From Octopus vulgaris (lineage: Eukaryota): 64,000 nucleotides of DNA. The stretch covers positions 51,770,001-51,834,000 of the forward strand of contig OX597831.1 of the NCBI GenBank assembly GCA_951406725.2. Direction: 5' to 3'. This document shows, piece after piece, positions 1 to 13,329 of the stretch. Both the position numbers and the translations under genes were made by a program. The notes beneath the pieces were generated by a model. That model saw only the letters and a list, made by a program, of their open reading frames with translations. It made no database searches and had not been told where the DNA came from. The first letter of the stretch is position 1, and the number at the start of each line of letters is the position of its first letter.

Positions 1-388
1 TTCAGTGATGCAATTGGTAACGTGGTCACTCAGTAAGCAGTACAAGCATGGATCTAACATCGTACGGAGCTCTATTTTTCTGTCTTTTGATGTTTATAAT
101 GTCTGGGTCATTCATCTAAAATGCACTTGCTATCTTTTATCTTTTATTTCTTGCAGTAATGACTGTAGTCATACTGGGGCACCGCCTTAAAGGGTTTTAG
201 TCGACTAATTTTTTAAAGCCTAATTCTTATTCTCTCAGTGTCTTTTGCCAAACTGCTAAGCCACGGAAACATAAACCCATCAACGCTGGTTGCCAAGTGG
301 TGGCGACGGAACAAACACAGACACAAAGATACACACGTAGATACTATATATTGGGTTATTCCATAGATAATGCGGTTTTTTCAATTGC

Positions 389-480
<92 letters not shown>

Positions 481-772
481 CACTCTTGCGCTCAAAAGAT
501 GTGCGCAAATTTCTATAAATACCCTGTATTATTTATGTCTCAAAGACGGACGTAACTCCCTCAGGGAATATGATTCAGGTGATCGTAACCACTCGATAGA
601 AATTGATAAAATGAATAACCAACAAATACTCTGGGTGCAATAACTCTCAGCAAGGTCACAGGGAAATTACTTATACCGAAAAAAGAGCGTATGCATATGT
701 ATGCATGGATACATATGCGAAAATGTGCATGTGTGTGAGTGTGCGTCTGAATGTGTGTGCCTTATTCATGAA

Positions 773-853
773 TTGTTTATAAATTTAACCTTTAAAGGTA
801 TTTTTTAATATGCTGGGTATTGATAAAATTTTTTTTCGAAAAAATTTTATCCT

Positions 854-860
<7 letters not shown>
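773..860. repeat. Dispersed repeat; inverted homologue at about 17068-17155
   Basis: tttataaatttaacctttaaaggtattttttaatatgctgg..aaaattttatccta present at both sites next to (TA)n. Confidence 0.8.
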
Positions 861-906
<46 letters not shown>

Positions 907-1092
907 CGGGAAGCTTTATGAAAATAGACAAAAGACGAAGGCAGGTGGGAAACAAACAAACAATTGTATTAGTATGGTGCTCAGGAAATATAAATAAAAC
1001 AAGTCTTACATACATACATATATATACTATGTATGCATGTTTATATATATATATATGTGTGTGCGTGCGTGCGTGCGTGTGTGTGTGTGTGT

Positions 1093-1128
<36 letters not shown>

Positions 1129-1377
1129 CGCCACAGCTTTAGGACTGAAACGTACAAAACGTTTATACGAACATATATGCATGCATGTATGTATACATAC
1201 ACAGACACAGACACACACACATATACATATATATGTATGCATGTAGGTATATATATGCAAGCACACATCCGTACATTGGTACCATTTTTATGTATAATTG
1301 TAAGCAAAAACCGAGAAGCATTAACTATAAAATCACTGAACGCGTTTAAGTAGAGTATCACATTTATTTTCGCAAAG

Positions 1378-1469
1378 AAAGGTTAAGCTGTGACTTGGAG
1401 GTTTCATCGGTTGTTGACCGTTCGTCAGGCTGACGATGCCAACAAACTTCGAAATCTTTGTCAACCTTT
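1378..1469 (-). ncRNA. Type III hammerhead ribozyme motif, core intact
   Basis: Minus strand: gatttcgaag-UU(U)-gttggc/atc/gtcagc-CUGACGA-acggt/caaca/accg(a)t-GAAA-cctccaagtc. Stem III 8/10 paired; outer stem aaaggtt/aaccttt; one extra U at the cleavage site. Confidence 0.7.
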
Positions 1470-1730
1470 TCCATGTATGTATGTATGTATGTATGTATGT
1501 ATGTATGTATGTATGTATGTGGGTATGTATGTATGTATGTGGGTAGATAGGTATGTATGTATGTATGCATGTATGTTTGGATGTATGTATGCATGTGTAT
1601 GTAAGTACAAATAAACATATATATTGAGAGAGAGAGGGGGAGAGAAAGAGAGGGAGAGAAAGAGAAAGAGAAAGTGAAAGAGAGAGAGAGAGAGAGCGAC
1701 AGCATGAGAGAGATAGTTTTATTTAATATA

Positions 1731-1966
1731 TATTTCTTTTTTGCCCCCAAGGGGCTAAACATAGAGGGGACAAACAGGGGCAGACAAACGGATTAATTAA
1801 GTTGATTACATCGACGCCAGTGCGAAACTGGTACTTTATTTATCGACCCCGAAAGGATGAAAGGCAAAATCGACCTCGGCGGAATTTGAACTCAGAACGT
1901 AACGACAGACGAAATACCGCTAAGTATTTCGCCCGGCGCGCTAACGTGTCTGCCAGCTCGCCGCCT
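1731..1966 (-). mobile_element. SINE family A, monomer
   Basis: Head ggcggcgagctggcag..gttcaaattcc (A/B-box-like); central gcctttcatcctttcggggtcgataaa (recalls Deu/Nin domain); TSD ttttatttaatata. Confidence 0.9.
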
Positions 1967-2074
1967 CTTTTTTTATTTAATATACTCTCGTCTTTGTTGT
2001 CATTGATAACTGTAAGTTATTTCTTACAGCTTAATTTACTTATATATGCGCGCGCCTATTTACACTTTCATACA

Positions 2075-2452
2075 TCTTTCACATGTATCAGTAATCAGAC
2101 TGCAGCCATGCTTGGGCACCGCCTTCAAGAACATTTTGTCAAATGTACTGACCCCAGCATTTATTTCTTTTAAAGCCTGGTACTTATTCTATCGTTGTCT
2201 TTTGTCGGACCGCTAAGTTACGGAGACGTAAACACTCGAACACCGGTTATCAAGTACTGATGGTTGGGAGACTAAAACAAACACAAAGATACACACACAT
2301 ACACACACACACCCGTCTCCGTTTACCAAATCCACTCACAAGGCTTTGGCCGGCCTGAGGCTATGGTAGAAGACACTTGCCACTCAATGGGATTGAACTA
2401 GGAGCTAAGTGGTTGGGAAAGTATGCTTCTTACAACAAAGCCACGCCTGTGC
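2075..2452 (-). mobile_element. SINE family B (tRNA-like head, internal microsatellite)
   Basis: Matches copies at about 135-340, 9940-10110, 11275-11955, 19075-19250, 48065-48410, 51910-52222 and 57277-57680. Confidence 0.85.
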
Positions 2453-2453
2453 A

Positions 2454-2494
<41 letters not shown>

Positions 2495-2699
2495 AACATA
2501 CATACACATAGGCAGATTCTTTCTTTCTATTTCTCTCCCTCTCTTTCTCTCTCTCTCACACACATTGACACACACGCAGACATACGTGTTCTGTATATGT
2601 GTATAAACAAATGTATGCTCATAAAAATCTATGTATTCACATATATGAATGCTGTATGCACATATTTTTCCATTTCTCAATCCAATCTTTACTTTATTT

Positions 2700-3004
2700 A
2701 TTCTATCACCAGGGAGGAGCAAATCGTCGACGACCACCGAACGCCATCATTCCCACACAGCAGACATTAAGCGGCCAGCTGCTTTACTGCGCACGCGCAC
2801 CGCATCCCATGTGTAAGTGTCGTCTGCTCAGCTCGGCTCACAGTTTCAGAACTTTACCGCCATCGCAGCAAAGCTGTTGTTTCGCTACGGCGCTTCTAAC
2901 ACGGCCTGTTCTCTCTGTACCGTAAGCACAGCGTTTGCACACTGGAGTCGATTTGTGTTCGAACAAGCTGAAGAAGAAGAAGACAAGAGGACACCCAGAT
3001 TGCA
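2700..3004 (+). promoter_or_regulatory. CpG-rich putative promoter/5'UTR of the host gene
   Basis: Non-repetitive, relatively GC- and CpG-rich stretch in an AT-rich background, directly upstream of the ATG at 3005. TSS not locatable. Confidence 0.5.
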
Positions 3005-3089
3005 ATGGATAGCGTGGTAAATTTCAGAATGCTGGCCACAGCTTTGTTCCTCATTGCATCTGGAAACCCAATCCAAGGCCTTCCTAAAG
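3005..3089 (+). CDS. First coding exon of a secreted or membrane protein (signal peptide MDSVVNFRMLATALFLIASGNPIQGLPK); gene identity unknown
   Basis: ATG in context GCAATGG; hydrophobic core LATALFLIA; plausible cleavage after IQG; strong donor AAG|GTAAGG (GT at 3090-3091), phase 1; microsatellite starts just after the donor. Confidence 0.7.
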
Positions 3090-3104
3090 GTAAGGAAAGC
3101 AATG

Positions 3105-3318
<214 letters not shown>

Positions 3319-3616
3319 ACACACATACATACATCACGTACGCGAAATGCGCACGTGCATACGTGTATGTATATATATATATATATATATATAATCTTTT
3401 TCCAACTACATATATATATAGTTGGAAAAGATTTGAGATCTATACAAATCAAATTTTTATATTTTTATACATCAAATTTATATGTATGTATGTATGAATG
3501 CATGTATGTATGTATGTATGTATGTATGTATGTATGTATGTATATATCTATGTATGGATGTATGTATGTATGCATGTATGCATGTATGTATGTGGATATG
3601 GATATGTATATACATC

Positions 3617-3647
<31 letters not shown>

Positions 3648-3795
3648 GTGCGTGTAGTATATACATGTATACAAATATGTTTGCGTATACATGCAAATAA
3701 GCGGCTGCAGACTTATTTTTCCGTTTTCAAGTTCTCTATTCTTTTCTCAAATGACATCACTTTACAACAACAGCAACAATTACTACTACAACCAA

Positions 3796-3864
<69 letters not shown>

Positions 3865-4145
3865 CACTTCATAACACAAGCACTCACCACTCCATTATGT
3901 AAGTGTACATACATATACATACACTCTCACGCAGACACAAGTATACACACACACGCACACACACACACACGCACGCACGAAACAATTAAACATTAAAAAC
4001 AACAAGCGATAAATACAAATTTATGAGAACATGAATTTTGTTTTTAACAATTGCTGGTTTTAAGTGAAATAATAATAGCCGAATCGTGACCAACTTTCTT
4101 TTGAATGGTCGACAATTTTTGAATGGTTTGATATTTCTGAGCTTT

Positions 4146-4187
<42 letters not shown>

Positions 4188-4792
4188 CAAACACACACAC
4201 ATTTATATATAGTTACGTTTTGAGTAAGGTGTCTGTATGTGTATTGTGCGCGGTTGCATTCGTGTGTCTGTATATTGTCGTTTGTCGTGGCTGTAGCCGT
4301 ATGTGAGTTGTCATTTCGCTGTGTAAGTGTTATATCCAGCAGTGAGTGGTGTAGAATTTGGTCTGAATACTTCAATGATATCAAATTTATTATGTCACGC
4401 CTCTATTGAAAGAATTCTGCTTCTCTTCCGGTTGCTTCCATTTCCTAAGTATGCACGTGTGTGTGTGTGTGTGTATTTACACCGCGTATACACACACTCA
4501 CGCACACACGCACACAGGCACAATCACACATACATACATTCATGCATATATACTTATACAAACATACATGCAAATGTTAGAATAATGTTATTTTAAAGTA
4601 TTTTTAAGAATAACAAGTGATGTAATGTATCAAAACTAAGAGTAAGTTCAAATTCATTGTGACGAACAAGTTGACTAGAAATTCACAATATATATATAGG
4701 TGTGTATATATTTATATATGTATATAGGTATACATATAAGTACATATACATAAACATACATATATATATATATATGTATGTATGTATGTATG

Positions 4793-4871
<79 letters not shown>

Positions 4872-4944
4872 ATACAGGTGTACATACATACACATATAGA
4901 TATATGTATGTATATATATATATATGCATATATATATATATATA

Positions 4945-5021
<77 letters not shown>

Positions 5022-5115
5022 CTCAGAGATTTAAAGCATATATATGTGTGCGTATCGGAAGTGAGATATACAGACATGCGCCCATATACACACATATATA
5101 TACTCACTTTCACGT

Positions 5116-5208
<93 letters not shown>

Positions 5209-5417
5209 TATACACACACGAAATTTTACTCTGCTTCATTTACTGAGTTCTTTAATCTGTTAATATTTATATTTTTCTATGAAAGCAACTATTTGTGTGA
5301 GTGTGTGTGAGCGCGCATGCGTGCGGGAGTGCATGCGTTCCATTGGTAATTCAATGGTAATTCCATAGGTAGGATGGAACCAACTTCCATGCAGTCGAAC
5401 AATTCATATATTCAGTT

Positions 5418-5829
5418 AGTTATTTATTTATTGCCCACAAGGGGCTAAACATAGAGGGGACAAACAAGGACAGACAAAAGGATCACATCGACCCCAGTGC
5501 GTAATTGGTACTTAATTTATCGACCCGGAAAGGATGAAAGGCAAAGTCGACCTCGGCGGAATTTGAACTCAGAACGTAACGGCAGACGAAATACCTATTT
5601 CTTTACTACCCACAAGGGGCTAAACACAGAAGGGACAAACAAGGACAGACAAACGGATTAAGTCGATTATATCGACCCCAGTGCGTAACTGGTACTTATT
5701 TAATCGACCCCGAAAGGATGAAAGGCAAAGTCAACCTGGGCGGAATTTGAACTCAGAACGTAGCGGCAGACGAAATACGGCTACGCATTTCGTCTGGCGT
5801 GCTAATGCTTCTTCCAGCTCGCCGCCTTT
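5418..5829 (-). mobile_element. SINE-A tandem dimer
   Basis: Full unit plus headless unit inside one 15-bp TSD, ttcatatatt(c/t)agtt (5403-5417 / 5830-5844). Confidence 0.9.
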
Positions 5830-6112
5830 TTCATATATTTAGTTCATATACTTAGTGTCAAAGCAAAAGTTCACCAATTTGAATGAGTTGAAAAGCATAT
5901 ACATGTTGCTGAACGCGTCAGGCTTTGAATAGAGAGGAATATCGCGATTCGCTCCTCTGCTTCATTTATTTTTCCTTTCCTCCTTTAGTTTTCTGCTTTG
6001 GCTAAAATTTTCTAATAGTATAAATATATTGTCCATGAGATTTTATGATAGTAAAACCTGCATGTATATTTGATATATAAAGAAAAGAATAACATCAAGA
6101 CCTCTATGAAAA

Positions 6113-6500
6113 ATATTGGTTTCAAATTTTGGCATAAGGTCAGCAATGTCGAGGGAAGAGGTAAGCCGACTACATCGGCCTCCTCTTCTCAACTGGTACT
6201 TATTTTATCGACCCCGAGAGAATAAAAGACAAAAACCAACCTCAGCTGAATTTGAACTCAGAACGTAAAGACGGACGAAATGCTGCTAAGCATTTTGTCC
6301 GGTGTACTAACGATTCTGTCAACTCGCCGCCTTTTTTGTAATTAAAAATTTTAGTTTCAAATTTTGGCACAAGGCCAGCAATTTTGGGGGAAGAGGTAAT
6401 CCGATTACATCGGCGCAGTGCTCGATTTATCGATTTCAAAAGGATGAAAGGCAAAGTCGACCTCGGCGGAATTTGAACTCACAACGTAAAGACAGACGAG
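6113..6500 (-). mobile_element. Two SINE-A copies, short-tail variant
   Basis: Same core; tail gctggccttgtgccaaaatttgaaac. Confidence 0.8.
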
Positions 6501-6921
6501 AGATCCTCCACATATTTATGGTCCCCTTTTTGGTTCTCATCTGGGCCCTGAACCAATGTACCCGCTGAACCGCTCTTCTTATAGGCCCTGAATAACTATA
6601 AGTATACTTGTTTTCAACTAAATTCGAACCTTAATTATGCGATTTACTGTGAAGATGAATACAGATGATGAAAGGAAAAGGGGAGGTGGGGGAACCTAGC
6701 CCTTTCCGTGAACATGTTTCGGAATACCAACTTCAACTGGATCCAAACTGTCACCATATGCTTTACAGAAAATATTAAATAGGTACTTCTATTTACGCAC
6801 AGCACTAAAGGAAAACTGAGCAAAACCAAAGAAAAAAAATGAGAAACAAAAACTGAATTATTCTACTGGTTGGAATGAAATAGGAGAAGGGAAAATATGA
6901 TGCGAATGTGGCAATAAGTAC

Positions 6922-6990
<69 letters not shown>

Positions 6991-7871
6991 CACACGCAAA
7001 CACACACGCGCACACACGTGTTCGTGTTCATGTGTGTATCATTTTACTAATTACCTTCCTTTTCTCGTTTCTAAATTGACTGCTGATTTATTCCTCGTGT
7101 GTATGTGTTTGTGTGTGTGCGTGTGTGTGTGTGTATGTGTTTGTATGTGTGTGTATGTGTATGTGTGTGTATGCGTGTATGTGTTCATGTGCACCTGTAT
7201 GTGCGAATATGTATGTATCCGTGTGTGAAAAATGTATTTGAAAGGTAATATGCGAGCATTCCTTTTTATATTTACTATACCTATATGCATATATAATTAA
7301 TACACGATCCATTGTTATACGAACGGTGTAAATAATATTCTGTTTCATCCATATTTATATATGTGCCCATCAGACGTGGCAGGTGTGGAAAATGGAGCAG
7401 TCGCCGTTATTCCATACTTACACCTTTGATGAGTACAGTTATTAGATAATCGTCCAATTAATTACACGATATCCGGTGCGAAACCGATTAGTAAGATCAG
7501 CAGTAGTGGAAATATAATACTGGATAATTTCATTAATGTGTATGTGTATGTGTGTGTGTGTGTGTGTGTATATACGCACACACTACTAGCAGGATACCCG
7601 TCACAGCCCTAGAAACAGATGGCTGATATGGAGTTAAATTTCTTGGAAAGAAATATAACAGCTCAATAGAAATGTAATAAATGACAAGTTTTATATTCTT
7701 TATGACAGGAACACATTGTTCAAAAAGTCTTATTTCTGACAGACTCCAGGCAAGCAATCCTCAAAGGGTTTTTAACATTTATTATTGACGTAATGCTTGA
7801 TTCAGCACATGAGCATTAATTCAACACGTATATTGTACAACATTACACACACGCACACACACATACGCTCA

Positions 7872-7928
<57 letters not shown>

Positions 7929-8063
7929 CCCCCGCACACACACGCACTCACAGAAGTGGGAGGGGAAAAGATTTGGACACAAACTATATGTACGTACATA
8001 TAGATTGATAAATGCATACATGTATATATACATACATACATACATACATATATACATACATAT

Positions 8064-8128
<65 letters not shown>

Positions 8129-8175
8129 ATTATATATATATATATATTTTGTCAAAAAATAGCCATATATATATA

Positions 8176-8254
<79 letters not shown>

Positions 8255-8402
8255 TTGAGTAGTTGAATGAATTATCTTATTAAGGATAATTCGAAAGATA
8301 ACCGATACCTGGGTAGCAAATTCACATCAGAAAGAACACGGTTGAAGTTACGTCCCTAGGGCATAGACTACGTGCTTTTGTGCATTTTGATGTCGACATA
8401 AG

Positions 8403-8500
8403 TTCCTTGCCTTTCCTGATGAGAAATCTGCATAACGTACTCCTTATTCCTTCGGAATTAGGAATATGCAGCCTTCGAAACATATGTCGAAAATAAAGGA
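8403..8500 (+). ncRNA. Type I hammerhead ribozyme, intact, palindromic stem III (dimer type)
   Basis: tttc-CUGAUGA(8416-8422), long stem II (gaa/ttc, ctgcat/atgcag, attcct/aggaat), GAAA(8477-8480)-CAUAUG-UC-gaaa; stem I extension ttcctt/aaggaa; predicted cut after C8488. Confidence 0.85.
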
Positions 8501-8539
8501 AATTTATTAACAAGTCGTTCAACCCCATTCTTTCATATA

Positions 8540-8586
<47 letters not shown>

Positions 8587-8740
8587 GGCTATTTTCTGAC
8601 AAATTTTTCCGTCTTTTAATGGTAATTTGCCCACTATTTCTGCTATTCTAACGGTATTAGTGCGTTCGAAAAGATATCGTTTGGCTAGTATCGTACAGTA
8701 CACATTTCGATGCTTCTCATAAAAACAAATTTTTGCTTAC

Positions 8741-8835
<95 letters not shown>

Positions 8836-8839
<4 letters not shown>

Positions 8840-9121
8840 TCAATGGTTAGAGCGTTGGGCTCACAATCATTAGGCAGTGAATTCGATTCCCAGACCGGGC
8901 TGCGTGTTGTGTTCTGGAGCAAGGCGCTTTATTTTACGTTATTACACTTCACTCAGCTGTAGAAATGAGTTGCGACGTCACTGGTGTCAAGCTGTATCTG
9001 TCTTTGCCTTTATCTTGGAAAGCATTGCTGGACTTCCATAAACAACCTTGCCCGAACTTGTGTCTCAGAGGGTAACTTTCTAGGTGCAATCCCTTAGCCA
9101 GTCATGCCCGAAGGAGGTCTT

Positions 9122-9122
<1 letters not shown>
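8836..9122 (+). mobile_element. SINE-D head with a different tail
   Basis: ggctcaatggttagagcg..ttcgattccc..ttcactcagctg..aaatgagttg shared with 45465-45790; tail unrelated. Confidence 0.75.
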
Positions 9123-9173
<51 letters not shown>

Positions 9174-9712
9174 AGGAGTATCCATAAACTGACTTAAAAT
9201 AATATGCATGTGCTCTGGTTTACCACTAACACTCCGGTTTGAACTGTAACTGAACGTGTGATGTTGAGACTGCCTGTCAGAAGCGGCTATAGGTGGTTTT
9301 TCCTTGAGCAGGTAGATCAAGATTAAAGTAAAAATGAAAACGCAAACTATTTAATTTAGATTGAGAATATAAATATAAAGTTCTCGTATAGCTGTTTCTA
9401 GAATAGTCAAGCGTGTGGATCATCATATTGAGTGAGGATTCCATAGGCTGAGGATTCCAGCATCATAGAGGAAGAAGTCAGAGAGATGTAAAAACGAGGG
9501 AAAGTATCCAGTCGAGGATATTAGTGTATTCCAGTTCGTCAAGAATGAGAGAAGGTTCAGAGTAAAATAGGAATGCGTTAGGTGAATCCATGATCAAATA
9601 AAAAATATGATTATAGGTTATATCTAATAGCAGCTTCAAGTGAGAAGAATATTCGATGATAATTCATGGCGAGGAATAGTGGAAGTTACCAGTTCCAGTT
9701 TTGAACAGAAAA

Positions 9713-9747
<35 letters not shown>

Positions 9748-9765
9748 ATATATATATCTCTCTCT

Positions 9766-9799
<34 letters not shown>

Positions 9800-9821
9800 A
9801 TGCATACATACATTCATACAT

Positions 9822-9896
<75 letters not shown>

Positions 9897-10477
9897 ATGT
9901 ATATATATGTGTGCATGTGCATGTCTGCGTTTTTGTGTTCCCCCACCCCACCGACAACACTTTATGTCTTCGTAAATTAGTCGTTCTGTAAAAGGAGCCG
10001 ATAGATTAAGTACCAAACTTAACAAAATATATATTTACTGGGGTCGATTTGTTCGACCGAAACCCAGCATGGCTACAGTCCAATGATGTCTGAAATAAGT
10101 TAAAAGGTTAAAACAAAAGAACAAAAAAATCCCAACTAAATCTATATTTTTGTTATCTATTAAAATCCAGAAACGAAGCATTGTTCCTTAGTTAGAAACC
10201 AGGAAGAATCCAAAGAATTTCTTTATAGGAATAATCCGAACAATGAGAGAAAACGAAACAAAAAGAACATATCTATATACATATATATCGCAATGGTTGC
10301 TATGGAATTTTCTACTAAAAATAATCTAAACAGTGTCAACACCATCGACAATAGAGTTTAAAGTAAAACGTTTCAAGTATTTATGATCAGACATCTGAAT
10401 TTAGAGTCACCAAGTCTAAAGACTTTCGTACTATCTAACGATCCTGTTGTTTGCTGAATATTTTAAAATTAGTGTCT

Positions 10478-11012
10478 AAGTCGATTACACCGATCTCAGT
10501 TCTCAGCTGGTACTTTTTCTATCGACCCCGAAAGGATGAAAGGCAAAGTCGACCTCGGCTGAATTTGAACTTAGAACGTAAGGATGGACGAGATACCTAT
10601 TTCTTTACTACCCACGAGGGGCTAAATACAGAGTGGACAAACAAGGACAGACAAACGGATTAAGTCGATTATATCGACCCCAGTGCGTAACTGGTACTTA
10701 TTTAATCGACCCCGAAAGGATGAAAGGCAAAGTCGACCTCGGCGGAATTTGAACTCAGAACGTAGCAGCAGACGAGATACCTATTTCTTTACTACCCACA
10801 AGGGGCTAAACACAGAGAGGACAAACAAGGACAGACAAACGGATTAAGTCGATTATATCGACCCCAGTGCGTAACTGGTACTTATTTAATCGACCCCGAA
10901 AGGAGGAAAGGCAAAGTCGACCTCGGCGGAATTTGAACTCAGAACGCAACGGCAGACGAGATACCGCTAAGCATTTTACCCAGCCTGCTAACGAACGATT
11001 CTGTCAGCTCTC
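10478..11012 (-). mobile_element. SINE-A tandem trimer, 184-bp period
   Basis: Junction gacgagatac|ctatttcttt at about 10596 and 10780. Confidence 0.9.
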
Positions 11013-11434
11013 TGCGTATTTATGACCAGACATATTTCAAACAGTTCATTCACGTCTGAATTTTAGAGTCACCAAGTCCGTTGTTGTTCTTCCAGTCGTT
11101 ATTATTTATACTCAAATCATACTTGATCGAGCAGACGTCTGATGAAAGACTTTCCAACAATTCAACGATCCCACTGTTTGATAAATATTTCAGAAATACT
11201 GTAGCATGTCTATATTATCTAACTGAACCACGAGCACGAGCACTGCTATGTCTACAAACGTTCCAAGCACAAACTTGTGGCTACGTGGTATGTAGCTTGC
11301 TTACCAGCCACATGGTTCCGGGTTCAGTGTCACTGCGTGGCACCTAAGGCAAGTGTCTTCTACTATAGCCTCGGGCCGCATAAAGCCTTGTGAGTGGATT
11401 TGGTAGACGGGAATTGAAAGAAGCCCGTCGTATG

Positions 11435-11637
11435 ATGCAGCACGGAATTTTGTCAGTGAACAGTTTGCGGTCTCAAAGAGACGAAAATATTTTGGCAAAT
11501 TAAATTTGTATGTTGAAGTGAATCTAACGGTTTTTGTGCGTTTCTTAAATGGCTTATAAACACCTTCTACGCTGCAATTGTTTTCGTTCCAGCACACGAT
11601 CTCAGATCAGGTCACTTGCTATGCAAGTACATCTCCG

Positions 11638-11640
<3 letters not shown>
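11435..11640 (+). mobile_element. Short dispersed element with HHR-like topology, inserted in a SINE-B copy
   Basis: Homologues at 27565-27710 (-) and 39130-39350 (internally inverted); all abut simple repeats. Confidence 0.65.
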
Positions 11641-11699
<59 letters not shown>

Positions 11700-11728
11700 C
11701 GGAGATATATATATATATATATATATAC

Positions 11729-11769
<41 letters not shown>

Positions 11770-11959
11770 CCCCCACCATCGTTTGACAACCGATGTTGGT
11801 GTGTTCACAGCCCTATAACATAGCGGTTCGGCAAAAGAGACCGATAAAATAAGTAGTAGGCTTACAAAGAATTAGTCTTGGTGCCAATTTGTTCGACTAA
11901 AGGCGGTGCTCTAGCATGGCCGCAGTCAATTGACTGAAACAAATAAAAGAATAAGTTAA

Positions 11960-12134
11960 TATTACATTATTTACATTATTTACATTTGACGGATATTTGT
12001 CCTCATCTTGTTTGTTAACACAACGCTTCGGCTGATAAAGCCTCCAGCCTTCATCAGGTGTCTTGGGGAAATTTCGAACCTGGGTTCTCATTCCTTAGGT
12101 ATTTTTCGATATCATCATCATTATTATTATTATT

Positions 12135-12204
<70 letters not shown>

Positions 12205-12375
12205 TCGAAAAATACCTTAGGAATGAGAACCCAGGTTCGAAATTTCTCCAAGACAGGCTGGAGGGTGCATCAGCCGAAATGTTGTGTTAACAACAAACAA
12301 GATGAGGACAAATATCCGTCAAATGTAAATAATGTAAATAATGTACATAATTCCTCATCTCTTAAATATAGAACA
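11960..12375. mobile_element. Head-to-head pair of an HHR-bearing short element around a (TTA)n/(AAT)n tract
   Basis: About 11960-12110 is the reverse complement of about 12203-12345. Minus copy: gacac-CUGAUGA-a-ggctg..cagcc-GAAG-CGUU-gtgtt (12017-12062). Plus copy has lost CTGATGA. Confidence 0.75.
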
Positions 12376-12384
12376 AAATTAATA

Positions 12385-12598
12385 TTAGTTTCAAATTTTA
12401 GCACAAGTCAGCAATTTTGGAGAAATGGCTAAATCGATTACATCGACTCCTGTGCTCAATTGGTATTTATTTTATCTATTCCGAAAGGGATGAAAGGCAA
12501 AGTCAACCTCGGCGGAATTTTAACTCAGAACATAAAAACGGACTAAATGCAGTGAAGCATTTTGCCCGGTGTGTTATCATTGATGCCAGCACACCTCT
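12385..12598 (-). mobile_element. SINE-A, diverged
   Basis: Family core motifs. Confidence 0.75.
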
Positions 12599-12880
12599 TT
12601 GTAATAAATTGATAATATTTTTCATATTATGAATAATGTATCAAAAACTAAATTTTTCTGTCTTCTTTCATGTTTATTTCATTTTTTTATGAAGGCACCA
12701 GTGCAATTTGAGCGAAAAACGACTACTGTTTCTTGCATTTGTAAACCACGTAGAGACTTCCTGAGTGGTTCAGCCATGTTGATCTCTCTGAGGTAGTCGC
12801 GATTTCGCACTGAGCGCATGTATTCTATGTACAGTAATGCACTCACTCACTCACTCACTCACTCATCATCCCACTCACTC

Positions 12881-12938
<58 letters not shown>

Positions 12939-13329
12939 ACACACACACTCTCTCTCTCTCTCTCTATCACTCTCGCTATTTATCTATTTGGTTATCTGTA
13001 TATACATATATATAATCACACACATATACACATACATACATATCACATTCATACCTACATACACATGTACACGCACGTACACACATATATTAACATAAGG
13101 AAAACTACTCAAAAGTATAGTTAGTTGTATAAAATTTAATCGAAACTGCTTTGTCACTAAGCACACGACTCAGAATGTTGCTTTCTTTCAGACACGTCAA
13201 GCAGAAGTGAAAAGTTGTAGAACTTCTTTATAGTCACAAAACATTTGAAAAGAAATGCATATTTTAATTAGTTGTGAAGGGTTTCCTTCGGGAAGCAACG
13301 CGTGATTTGATTGTTTGTGATTAATCTCA

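Noticed and set aside
1430-1462. Plus-strand CTGACGA..GAAA..GTC overlapping the minus-strand HHR (ambisense ribozyme idea)
   Set aside because: No stem II and no valid stem I or III on the plus strand.
11130-11160. CTGATGA motif
   Set aside because: No flanking helices or correctly placed GAAA.
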